A DNA stretch of 64,000 nucleotides, from positions 37,386,001-37,450,000 of the forward strand of contig NC_047017.1 of assembly GCF_902652985.1 (NCBI RefSeq). The letters run 5' to 3'. The DNA comes from Pecten maximus. Taxonomy: Eukaryota. The notes below the pieces were generated by a model. The model worked only from the letters and a program-made list of their open reading frames with translations, did not search any database and was not told the origin of the DNA. A program made the position numbers and the translations under genes. Positions 39,401 through 60,544 of this stretch are shown here, piece by piece (position 1 is the stretch's first letter; each line of letters opens with the position of its first letter).

Positions 39401-42400
39401 CCGGTGATGCCTCTTGCTCCAGCGCCGGATTGCTTCTGTCCGTCATATTCATATGGTCAATCTCCACCTGCAGCTTTTCTATTGTTATATACAATTCTTC
39501 CAGTTTTGACGCCATGTTTACACAGTATACTGCTGCCATCAATTTTGTAACGGTTTAACCTGCTTGGTTCACCGTTGTCCTACTCTCCAAGGTTCCTGTG
39601 TAAGATCGTCGTTGGTGCTACTTCGCCGCTAGTGTATAAAACAACCAAACAACTATTGTGATTTGATGATATTTATTCCCAGACATTGGTTGCATGAGAC
39701 ATCAACAGAGAGAAGTGCGAGCATTATGCTACAATTTTCTACCTTACGGGGACTTTGTCTCCACCTCCCATATCAAATGGGGAAAAAATTAAGTTGATAC
39801 AGTTAGTGTTACTAGACCAGGTTTTGTACACTTTTAACTATGCATTGTGAGACCTCTGTATCCCCTAGACAACTCATCTTTAAAGAATACCGATTAGAGA
39901 TTACACATTTATTCACTTTAACGTTTATAGATTACCTTTGTTGCTAGCATCCTTTATTATCTGATAGACTAACTTCTCTTGGTTGTCCCCTCCTTTTGCT
40001 TGGCTGAAATAAAAAGGCTGAAAATTAATACCTGTTTTGGAAACATGTTAATCTCGACTAAAATCAGGGTCCAACAAGTAGACTTCAAAACATTATGTTC
40101 TGAAAGGAAATGTGGCCCAGCAGGTAACACTGATCTCATTCCTGGGTAAATATTCTCTATGCAAAAAACGTCCTTTTAAAATATTTTATGAGCAAATATA
40201 ACTTACTGAGAAGCTGTTTATGATAACATACAAAGTATTTAAATACCAACACTTTTAAGTTTGTGTAATATATTTTATAATATCTTAGCTGAACAGATAA
40301 AAAATGTCCTTTTAGCAATAGCAACAATCGGTCTATTAGGCATCCATCCTCTATAGAACCTAGTACAGTACCAAGCTACATCTCCAGACTTTCATTATCT
40401 GAACTACTGTAGTGTCCCCCACATAATTAACTTACCAGCTTTTATGCAAACATCAGTATAACCAAATAAACTGATTCACTGATTGGTTTGGTTATGGTGT
40501 GTTTAATGCATATGGATTGCAATATGCATATCATAAATGATTATCAACTGTACATTAATTATATGAATCCTCCTTCCACTTTAAGGTTACAATCTCTCTT
40601 GTAAAACAATGTAGCCTAGTGCCAGTATCATAATTGGTCCAGTAACTTACTAGTACAGAATCTCACCACATAAGACTATATTTCCTTTTTAAAACACTGG
40701 GACAGAGGAATATTCAGCCTTAATGAAAGGAGTTAAAAAACCTACTAAGATGCCACAAACACCACATGTAATTAAATTCTCAAATGGTTTATTACCTGGC
40801 AGCATCTGGATCTTTCAATTTATACACCAGGTTAGATCCTCGCTTCAGCAGGTCAACTTTTCCCTGCACACAAAGATAAAGCATTGATACCATTTCAGTC
40901 CCAGATGTACATTCTATATGTGTTATATAACAGGTTATTTGAAATCAATTTTCCCACGTATGGCTACATTAGAAACACTCACAATCACAGTAAAAGGAAT
41001 ATTACTGCAGTAAGAAAAAACAAATTAGAAAATTGGTGCATATGCATAATGTTGGTGTTTGAAAACTACATCAGTGAATACAAAATGTATTTCAAAATGT
41101 TCAGATGAAAATTTTAAGAAGAATTGTCCATACATGATTCATAATTGCCATCAAAATTAGCGGATCCAGCAAAATATGTCAAGGTGCAGAAATGTTTGGG
41201 ATGACTACATTCACAGATTTTCACTAAGTTTTGATGAAAACTATAGGAGTTGTCCAGACAAAAATCTTACCACAGACATATGGACAGACTGACAGAGAAC
41301 CTGAATCCAACATACTCACTTACTTTGTTGCGGGCGGTATAAATATCGGGTATAAGAAGTAACAAATGGTCACAGTTTAAAGAGAGCACTCCCATATGAC
41401 TACCATAACCAATGACAATTTTATATCACACATACCGTTGACAGAAGTCTATTGATGGCAGTGACTCGTTGCTTGGCATTACACTGTGGGAACTCCTGTT
41501 GTATAATTGCATCTGTTATCCCATCTGTATATGTCTGACAAAGCTCAATGAATCTAGATAATGAAGAAGACAAATCTAAACATTAATGGTTATATGCAGC
41601 TTCTTTTTGGAAATCAAAATTGGCGAAGATATGAAATAATTATATATTACAAAATAAGAATAGTTTGTTATTGATGAGGCCCAATATCAGGTATCTGGAC
41701 CTCTTGGTTATTAAGTTGTTTACATATGTTGAAAAGTTGATATCGAACAGGTGCAGGTGCACCAGGGCTTTAAAAACTCCACCAGTGTAGACAATGATGG
41801 GCATGCATATTCACTGGCAAGTTACTTGTTGATGTGGCAAATGGTAGCATAAAAAAAAAACCTGGCAAACTAAAGTGTGGCCGACGCTGTCGCTGATGAA
41901 GACACCACTGATAAAGTGATCCCTTAATAACAACCTTGGTTCAGAGGTGTCACAAATCTTTTAGCAAATCTAGCAGTACAGATGATTTGTTTTAATAGGC
42001 ACCGACTTTAATTAAAACTTTGATCTGATTTGATACAGGGCTGATACAGTCTTCATGAGTAACCAGGGGCCTGTTTGTTCATGCAGACAAACTGGTTTGC
42101 AAATTTTAAGTAGTAACATTTCCAGGTTGGGGAAACCACAAACTTGCCTAGCCTATTAGATGATAATTGAGGTATAGCTATATAAACTTTAGGGAAATGT
42201 TCATCCAAGTCATATTTATTTAGTCATGAAACAACATAAAAATGCAAAAATAACATTTATTTGCAGTTAAGAAAGTACTACTCAAACAATGTTAGAGGAT
42301 AACATGGCGAGAAACTTATGACAGGTGCTGTGTAACCTCTGACTTCCCAAGGCGGAGTTACCCTGCGCAGAATGTCAAATTTTCAAAGTCAGGATTTTGA

Positions 42401-45400
42401 TCATGTCAAGCAGCTGATTTACATGTAAGTGTTTAACAGTGTCATGTTTTTACCTCTTGTTCATGAATCCATCATTAAAACCACAAAAATAGCACTCAAA
42501 GACACACAATCACAATTATTTACATTTCCAAGCTTCATTCCGGTAACAATTCAGATTGAAAATGGCAGCCTGGTAAATACAACAAGAGGCCCATGGGGCC
42601 TGTATCGCTCACCTGGTTGGATTAGACCAAATGTCAAATAATGTTCATGTTCAATTCGTTTTATTTGTCAATCTCAAACAATGCTATATATGGTTATGGT
42701 ATTGGAATCCCAACTGCTTTAAAGAAATAACGAAGTCCAGACTCTCTAAGGGTCTGAAAGACCTAAAGAATTGTTTTTAGAACATCCATTCATAACTTTA
42801 TGACTAGTAGTGATTTAAAGGAATTATATCTCTATTTCCCCTATGGGGCCCCGCCCCTTTGGCCCCTCGGGGGTCAGAGTCACCATTTATGCAAAATCTG
42901 TTCCCTTTCCGGATCCCCCAATGAAGTTTCTGACCAAATTGGGTTCAAATCCATTCATAACTTTATGACAAGTAGTTATTTAAAGGAATTTCCCCTATGG
43001 GGCCCCGCCCCTTTGGCCCCTCTGGGGTCAGAGTCACCATTTATGCAAAATCTGTTCCCCTTCCACCAATGATGTTTCTGACCAAATTGGGTTCAAATCC
43101 ATTCATAACTTTATGACTAGTAGCAATTTAAAGGAATTGCCTCTATTTCCCTTATGGTGCCCCGCCCCTTTGGCCCCTTGGGGGTCAGTCACCATTTATG
43201 CAAAATCTGTTCCCCTTCCCCAAAGGATGTTTCTGACCAAATTGGGTTCAAATCCATTCATAACTTTATGACTAGTAGCGATTTAAAGGAATTGCCTCCA
43301 TTTCCCCTATTGGGCCCCGCCCCTTTGGCCCCTTGGGGATCAGAGTCACCATTTATGCAAAATCTGATTCCCTTCCGCCAAGGATGTTTCTGACCAAATT
43401 TGGTCAAAATCCAATTATAACTTTTTGACTAGTAGCGATTTGAAGCAAATGTTGACGGACGGACGACGGACGCCGCACCATGGCATAAGCTCACCGGACC
43501 TTAGGTCCAGGTGAGCTAAAAATGAAATATAAAGCAAAAAGAAACGAAAAGCTATTTGCTTTGCACTTTATATTTGTTCTGCTTGGTACACACATTCCGT
43601 ATTTTAACAATTTTAACCAATGCCGTCATGTTCGAAATAGGTTATATGACTGTCAAGAATTGTGGGTATAGGCTTAGCCTAATTATTTGCAAACAGATGA
43701 GACAACAACATAAATTACATTAACATATGTATTCACTTGAACATATTTACAAAATCATAGGAAAACAATATTTACACCATACAAAACACCCTTACACACT
43801 CCCACTCATTCTCTACAATTAATTAATAATGTGCAACACAAAACAAAACCCGTCTCTGAAACCCATTGTCTCTCCAGACCCCAAATATATATAGTTCATC
43901 ACTGTGGTTGGTTCCCAAAGTTCTCTTCACTCCGATGTTGTTTAACTATTTCATAATCGGTATATATATGTATACCCTCCGTAGGCACTGTACTAGTCCA
44001 GCACAAATATCTCCTTTCTGGTTTCACATAAATAGACCAGGGATTCTGCTGCTCCCACTATGGTCTGGCACATATACCTTTCTATGGCTAATGGCTCCCT
44101 GTCCCAAGGTCACCTACAAGGTTACAGAGTCAATGTTCTAAGTTCATGGGTTTATAGCACTTGCACATTTGTATTATATTTGTATTTTACTTACAATGAC
44201 ATTTAATAATTCTCTTTCTCACTATCTCCTATTACTTTTCTCTCTATTTCCTATTTCTTTACATTCTGTTAGGAAATTATTCTACAACAATGACCTATAA
44301 TATTACACCCTATATTTTGCATGCTAAACATTTTTACCAACCTTACATTAATGACATAAATATGTACTTACTGTTGGCGTCTCTCTTTAGCATTTCTGAG
44401 CACACAGCTCACTCTCCTGTTTCATTCCAGGACTCCCACACTCCATTGAGGTGGACATAGCACACAGCTTCTCCAAGTAGCAAAGTTTTGCCCAAACTAG
44501 CACACAGCTTACATGTAGTGGCTTCAACTATCTCTAACTTGGATAATAACTTTGGGCACACAGCCCTGGTAACATTTCATTACCAAGCACACAGCTTAGG
44601 CATTTCTCCCCTGGCACACAGCCTCTGACATCCGTGAACCTTCCAGGTCCAGGTCTGGGGTTGAAATGGCCGCACACACAGGTAGCACTTACCTGTGTTG
44701 CATGATTTGGTTACGCCTCAGTGACCCTGACTCAGCACTTTCTATTCAGTGAACTCAGGTACCCTCTACAGTACAGGTGTATTCCCTGATCACTGTATAG
44801 GACACTATACCTTACCACTCCATAGTACTGGATAACTGGCAAATATTTTGCAGAGTACAACATAACTTTTTGACAATGACGTGGTGGAATGGTGTAGCAA
44901 AGTGTTTTGTGTCAACGCAATATTAATTTGGTGTGAATTAGTGATTGAACTGTTTCAATTGGATATATAATACCTAACCTGTAAGTACACACCATTGTCA
45001 TCAAGTTTAGACTTAGGAATACCAATATTATTGTCTGTTCCTTTCCGCCCTAAAACCTTTTGGTAAAATAATATTTTCCTTGTCGTAAATTAATGCAACT
45101 TTAAATAATGTACTGCAAATTTACTGTTTAAGCGATTATGGCAATTTTTAGTAACAAATCCATACGGCAACTGCCAGTGAACTGGGGTAATTCATTATGC
45201 ACACGCAAGTTGGTGGTTTTCCCCAACTTGATTTTAGGCATAAATCTGCAGGCATTCGGGCATTCGCAATCTTCTTCTAGGCGCGTTCAAAGGAAAAATA
45301 AAATCACTTGGTCCGTAATTATACCATAAACATATAACTCTGGTCCGACCTGTGCAATCTTTTGTCCAGCATTATAGCATATTTTCAGTTTTATCAATTG

Positions 45401-45507
45401 ACCAAACTCTTTGAGATGAGATGACATCTGATTTACACTTATAGCTACCTTGTTTCCAAATCAATAGCTTCGTCTGGTTCTTCTTTAATGGATACAGACG
45501 TTGCCAT
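27490..45507 (-). CDS. POLR3F: DNA-directed RNA polymerase III subunit RPC6/RPC34 (311 aa)
   Basis: Exons 45507-45449, 41553-41436, 40863-40796, 40003-39936, 29919-29807, 29244-29101, 28651-28544, 27978-27799, 27567-27490 total 936 nt with consistent phases. Motifs AINRLLS, EKLVYQII, GIWIRDIR...NKILKNLESKKLIKAVKSV, LEPDRTVTGGAWYSDQDFESEFV and the C-terminal Fe-S motif PCGSCPVFDQC...SPTNCVYMKEWL. Confidence 0.96.
29264..29479. repeat. 36-bp minisatellite x6 just upstream of the POLR3F exon 6 acceptor
   Basis: ATCAAAAGTAACACATTCAGTAAGCATATATCACTA, six near-perfect copies. Confidence 0.95.
29960..30620. repeat. 60-bp minisatellite x~11 near the POLR3F exon 5 acceptor
   Basis: AATGCTGAAGAGAGATTACAGCAATCCCAGAGAATTCTTAGCTGTGACTTTACCCGTACC units; these generate the repetitive ORFs on both strands. 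Confidence 0.95.
30760..30908 (-). mobile_element. HINE-type terminal fragment
   Basis: GGACGACAGACGCTGCACCATGGCACAAGCTCACCGGCCCTTCGGACCAGGTGAGCTAAAA is nearly identical to the end of the 42581-43521 element. Confidence 0.65.
30981..31544 (-). repeat. Complete 3' LTR (564 bp)
   Basis: Begins TGTAATG directly after the PPT; TATAAA at 31362-31357 and AATAAA at 31112-31107; the end CCGTTAAA corresponds to CCGTTACA in the 5' LTR. Confidence 0.88.
32010..32792 (-). CDS. Retrotransposon accessory ORF3: 260-aa zinc-finger protein with NLS
   Basis: Intact ATG-TAA ORF between the pol stop (32852) and the PPT. C-x2-C-x12-H-x3-C finger (CMAC...HIVGC), C2H2 finger (CEYCEQTLSRKGDLRRHIERQH) and PPKKRR. 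Preceded by acceptor TTTTTGTCTATTTTACAG (AG at 32796-32795). Confidence 0.75.
   Translation of the reverse strand: MSYSRYSSRTADSFRCMACGRYLDSMALLQQHIVGCERAKRGLWVEPSVREDRSRGDTGDISKRVSCEYCEQTLSRKGDLRRHIERQHPSKALDHTPPKKRRSSSSTSAVTSATTTVTPVKAVKAMKATPPTTITATANNAAAVSVVPGNAEEAEELSNGADPDISMRTFIVNANVVSPLRHSTPVKRAAEPQKLVDEAKDEESGGKERHVDAIDVSVQCDIMRVKRHRQEESTIRTTTGPDGETTVTRSCHVIEWEECE
33254..34505 (-). mobile_element. Helentron/HINE-type element inserted in the Gypsy integrase
   Basis: Ends AACAAGAAGCCCATGGGCC... and ...GACGACGGACAAAAGGCGATTAGAATAGGTCACTTGAGTCTCAGGTGACCTAAAAA; internal ~320-bp repeats; integrase-coding sequence on both flanks. Confidence 0.85.
36257..36942. mobile_element. Non-autonomous hAT-type element (686 bp) inserted in the Gypsy RT
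   Basis: Termini TAGTGTTGGGT / ACACATCACTA, many subterminal ATCG(G/A) repeats, 8-bp TSD TCGCTAAC (36249-36256) / CCGCTAAC (36943-36950). Excision restores NLDSVFGRLAEVGLKLKPRKC. Confidence 0.88.
37876..39515 (-). pseudogene. Gypsy gag and aspartic protease, disrupted
   Basis: ATG at 39515 after the PBS; capsid-like KPATYDGLTSWIDYRTHFE; degenerate knuckle CFKCGKEGHFRRNS; protease LLVDTGATVTLL; several stops and frameshifts. Confidence 0.88.
39546..39728 (-). repeat. Truncated 5' LTR (only the last 183 bp remain)
   Basis: Matches 30981-31163; homology stops abruptly at GCATTATG (39728). Confidence 0.88.
42581..43521 (-). mobile_element. Helentron/HINE-type element with ~150-165-bp internal array
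   Basis: AACAAGAGGCCCATGGGGCC...CGCTCACCTGG at one end; (GACG)n plus hairpin AGCTCACCGGACCTTAGGTCCAGGTGAGCTAAAA at the other; about 4.5 repeats of CCATTCATAACTTTATGAC... Confidence 0.82.
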
Positions 45508-45762
45508 TTTAAATTGACGATTTAATGCGTGCCTAGGCGCTATTTCATCTTTTTTTCGTTTCTTGCTTTCATTTTTAACCGGAAGTTGCATGTGCCACTT
45601 GGCTCCGCAGAAATAGTATATTTTAATTAAATAACATATCTTTTGTTTTAATGAAATTACGATTTGATTATTTATGACAGTGAAGATGTTTTAGATTGTC
45701 AAACGATTATTTAGTTGAGAACGTCATTGTTTTTACGCTAACCTCTTTACTGCGTTATAAAC
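45508..45762. promoter_or_regulatory. Bidirectional promoter POLR3F / KAT5
   Basis: Divergent ATGs 255 bp apart; CCGGAAGT (ETS/GABP) at 45579-45586; YY1-like GCCATTTT overlaps the POLR3F ATG and AATGGCGG overlaps the second KAT5 ATG. Confidence 0.8.
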
Positions 45763-56045
<10,283 letters not shown>

Positions 56046-57117
56046 GAGAGGAGCCGCCTGTGTTAAGATCCATTGGAAATATACTGGACACTCATTGACC
56101 ATTGATCAGCTTCAATGACTTGTTAAGATATCAGCCTTGTTACTGGTAGCACAATATCTTTTGTTGTAACTTTGTTGTTCTCCAATTTTCTCACACAACA
56201 CTTAATAATGCCCTCTTATTATCACGGAAAGTGGTTAATGTAGAGTTGATAAATAACCATTGCTCAAACTGTACATCAACCCCAATTTGTGATATTATAC
56301 AGTTTTAGGTCACTCGAGATTTCACTAGAGAGAAGGTAATGATGGCATCTATGTTGGGTAATACAATATATACAATAGATTGGGTCTTAAGCAGTATGAT
56401 GATGTTTGAATGTAGGTGATAGAGATGGGATTAGGGTGTAAAAAAACAAGTGTATATATATTTATTTCTTGAACCGCCCTGAAGTAACCCATCAAATACA
56501 CACAGTCAGATGAAAGACACTTATTTAAATCATTGGTAAAACGGCTTGATATATATATGTTTATAAAACTGCTTTTATTGTGTCAATCACTGTAAATATA
56601 AATATCTTGGAATTTGAGGAGTCAGTGCACCAATGATTACAGTATCAGATATGAACATGTTATTTTAACCACATATTACAATGATCAGGAGAAAGTTTAT
56701 TTATGTGGGAGGTCATGTAACATTACTATTCTTTTCATTTGGTGTGATAAAGAAAGTTACCCATTGTGTTTTCAGTTGGTATAGGTATAGTCATTCAGAT
56801 TTTATATATGTGAATGATTAGAACAGGTTGGTTAGGATAGAATGTTTTGGAACTTGACGGATTTAAACTTGAAAATGAGAATATTTCAAAGCTGTAAATT
56901 TGGCTTCAGCATATAAGAGATGATTTTCCAGAAACAAAATATTACTCAATATTTGACTGCAGTGTTTTATTGTTTGATTACATTGTATAGCTTCCAGATA
57001 ATTTCAACATGACATTGTGAGGTACAAAAAATATATATATATATAACGGCACCCGGAATAGGGGAGTTAGTATTTTATAATACTGATAAATGTATTATCC
57101 AAAATAAAAAAAAAGGG

Positions 57118-57667
57118 GGTAGGAGTAATCCATTGCAACAGCCTCAGGGTATGTTTCTTCAATTTATTACGACTTTGTCAACCAGTTTTGCCCCTAAGCT
57201 TTACCCTTAAAGTAATAGAATTGTGGGCATAAGTTTCTTTGAACAATTTTAATATCTATAGCTACACAAAGCAAGATTAGTATTCTAAATGTACCGATAT
57301 ACTTAATTTTACACACACCACTAAAAGATTGTGTGGTATTCTACTATAAATTGTATGCTTTCTGTAGCTTATATCCTTCATGGTAAGTACCATTATAGTA
57401 CTAAAAGCACATTTATGTATTGAGTGTTGAAACTCATCCAAGTCGTCGACGAGTGCCAGATCTTTTTTTTTAACATTTGTCGATGATTTGAAAAGTTCGG
57501 TCCAGGATTTTGCCTCTTGTCTGGTTTTAGCAGTATTTATTTCCAGTTCTATGTTATAAGTAGGGTGTTTTCTCTTCAAATGCTTCATATTGTCATCTGT
57601 CCTCCATTATATTCTCTTTGAAATGAAGAAACATACCCGGAGGCTGTTGAGATTGATTACCCTTACC
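57118..57667. mobile_element. MITE-like element with ~48-bp inverted repeats
   Basis: GGTAGGAGTAATCCATTGCAACAGCCTCAGGGTATGTTTCTTCAATTT versus AAATGAAGAAACATACCCGGAGGCTGTTGAGATTGATTACCCTTACC (about 80% reverse-complement match). Confidence 0.65.
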
Positions 57668-58521
57668 TGATTTTACTCTATTGCTCAATTTCCCTGTATA
57701 CCTTCAGGGTATCCATTGGAAGAGATATGACACTACGATCCACCCAAGTACACACAAATGACACTTGCACTACTCCCAGCATCTTCAAGAAAGAAAGAAA
57801 ATACTAAGTACAACAAGTTTATTTATTTAAAAAAAAAATTCAAATGTAAAAAAAAAATGTATACTTTCCCAAACATAATACTTCCAAATGTGGGTTTCTC
57901 GTGATTTTAATATCCCTATATATAGGTAGTATTTTACCAGATATAACTAAAAGATTTACATGATTTATCAGATTTCTGTCGGAGAAACCTAGCAGAAGTA
58001 TGCCTTTTCACGATGTGTATCGGAAACAAAAGTTATTCCTAGTCCTACATTTAAAAATGCATGAAACAGGTTTCTATAGCTTATATCTCCTTGCCTATTG
58101 CTTATAAAAAATGTGTTGTTAAAATATTTTACTGTTGTGGTATTAATTCAAGAATATTGCAGTCGAATACCACATATACCTTAATTTGAAAATTTGAGAA
58201 ACTCTTGCTGAGTCACCTAATTAGTTTTAATGTTTAATTAGTTTACATGTTGTGATAGAATCCCATAACTGAACACATAACATGCCCCAAGTGGTGTGGA
58301 GTATGGTGTTTTTCTTAACTTCAATTGTATTGAAATAACAACCAAGCAGCATACTCTATTTACTTAAACATAGTACATATATATACTAGATTATATAGAT
58401 GTGTATGTTTTGAACTCTATAGTAGGAGGAGAAGTGTGTTTATCACATCATGATATTGATGTTGTGCTTTGAATAGTTGCATGTTCACAGTATAAAGTTA
58501 GGTGCAATTGTGATAGAATGC

Positions 58522-58862
58522 AGCAGGAAAGAGTGAGTCGTATAACTTTGTGGCTGATCAGGAAAGAGTGAGTCGGAGCAGGAAAGAGTGAGTCGTATAA
58601 CTTTGTGGCTGATCAGGAAAGAGTGAGTCGGAGCAGGAAAGAGTGAGTCGTTTAACTTTGTGGCTGATCAGGAAAGAGTGAGTCGGAGAAGGAAAGAATG
58701 AGTCGGAGCAGGAAAGAGTGAGTCGTTTAACTTTGTGGCTGATCAGGAAAGAGTGAGTTGTATAACTTTGTGGCTGATCAGAAAAGAGTGAGTCGGAGCA
58801 GGAAAGAGTGAGTCAGAGCAGGAAAGAGTGAGTCGTATAACTTTATGGCTGATCAGGAAAGA
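58522..58862. repeat. Composite 20/36-bp minisatellite
   Basis: CAGGAAAGAGTGAGTCG followed by either GAG or TATAACTTTGTGGCTGAT, about 12 units. Confidence 0.93.
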
Positions 58863-60544
58863 AAGAAGTGGAGCATGCAAGAATACTTGTTTTAACATGT
58901 GTATGTATTGACAATAAAATGAGACGATACATACTGGTGTTAATTGTATCTTATTGTTAGGACGAGCTTCGATGTTTCTTACATGGAATATGTAACACTA
59001 GTCCAATCATATGTATATATAAAGCCACTGGGAAATATACACCAGTATTACATTTGGTATACCACTTTGAAGACCTCCAAATTGCCAAGGTTAGGTATAT
59101 AGCATTCACCATCTTGGCATCTGTCCATGATTGCATTTCCTGGCATATCTTCAGTACTATTTCACATAGGATTGTTAAGATTTGTGTGGGTACATCTTGA
59201 AGACAGTATCACAAAACAGTAGCAGGTCACTGTGACCTATATTTCATCTGTACTCTGAATTTGGCAAAAAAGTCTTTAAGGACTGTTTCAATAATACTAT
59301 TTAAGTTGGACCTGAAAATATTTGGTGGGGACTTCTTTGGTAGACAATCAGTAATGTACCAAAAACAGCCCATTGTGACCCATATATCGACCTTTGACCT
59401 CAATAAGGCAAAATGTTCATGATTTCACTTTCAGGCATTTACTGGTATGATGTTTGTCATATCTGTTTGTGGTTGTGTCCATGGTCAAGACACTTTACCC
59501 TGATTTCTCTAGATGGCATGAGACAGGCCTCCCGTCTTTTGTTCAGTGAGGTAGTCACCAACTACTACAAGGTGATCCCACCTAAAAATGACCCTTGCTA
59601 CTCACAGGGCCATAAACCCTGCAAACAAACAATACAAATTCTCATACTTGAAGTAGGTTGCTGTGACCAATATTTGAATATTTTAAATCCTTTCCAGACC
59701 TTTTCATTATTGTTAAAAAAGTCTTAGTTTTTTTGAAAATTACTGTACAGAAACAGAGAACTGTAGAGTTATATCTGGTTGGTATATTATTACTGGAATA
59801 TTAATGTATGCCGTAATCTCATTACAGTAAATATTTAGTATAGAAAATGTAACTTACATATGCAGAACAGGTATTCAGATAAAATATTGTTTATAGAACG
59901 TTATATAGGTATTGTGTGCTAGTCATAAGAATACATAGTCGGTACATATATTTCCTTATAATATATCTGGTTGTAGAATATGTGTATAAAGTACAAATCA
60001 TGATATTGTAACTCATTGATGTTAAAATATATATGAATGAAAAATGAGGTTTGTAATTTTAATCTAGATACAGTATAAATATTCATCTTCCAGTTTACCA
60101 TCACTGTAAGTGAGGTTTAGACAGCTACTTTGTGTATAGCATCTAATGAGAAATCATTTGTGTATGTAGCTTGGAAATAGACTAATGGAATTCAGCAAGT
60201 CAACACAATGTTTACATACTTTTAAACCTCAAAATTTGTAATCCAGCTGACCAGATTATATCCAGATTAAGAACTGCCTAAACTGTTAACAGGAATTATA
60301 ATAATAATTGTATTATAACGATGGTCTAGTGCTTTAACTTTACAGTAGATTAAGCCGATCTTTAATCTCCGTGATAAAATTATAGATTATCACTCCCTAA
60401 AAGGCAGAGGTACTGGTCAGTATTGGTATACTAGTATTTAGTGTATTGGTGACAATAGACTAATGTATGGAGATCAAAGATGTTAGTGTAAGGTAGTTGT
60501 CACAGAAAGAGCACTACTACTTGGTCAGAACCCCGCCATATATC

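Larger units (their letters stand above)
30981..39728 (-). mobile_element. Ty3/Gypsy LTR retrotransposon, decayed, in POLR3F intron 4 and in the same orientation as the host gene
   Basis: 3' LTR 31544-30981, PPT GAGGCGGGGGTAG 31557-31545, truncated 5' LTR 39728-39546 (9 differences over 183 shared bp), degenerate tRNA-Leu-type PBS TGATGGCAGCAGT at 39541-39529. Domain order gag-PR-RT-RH-IN. Confidence 0.95.

Noticed and set aside
57277-57588. ORF starting MKHLKRKHP, like a BED-finger end
   Set aside because: No upstream CxxC in frame and no transposase motifs; lies inside a MITE-like element.
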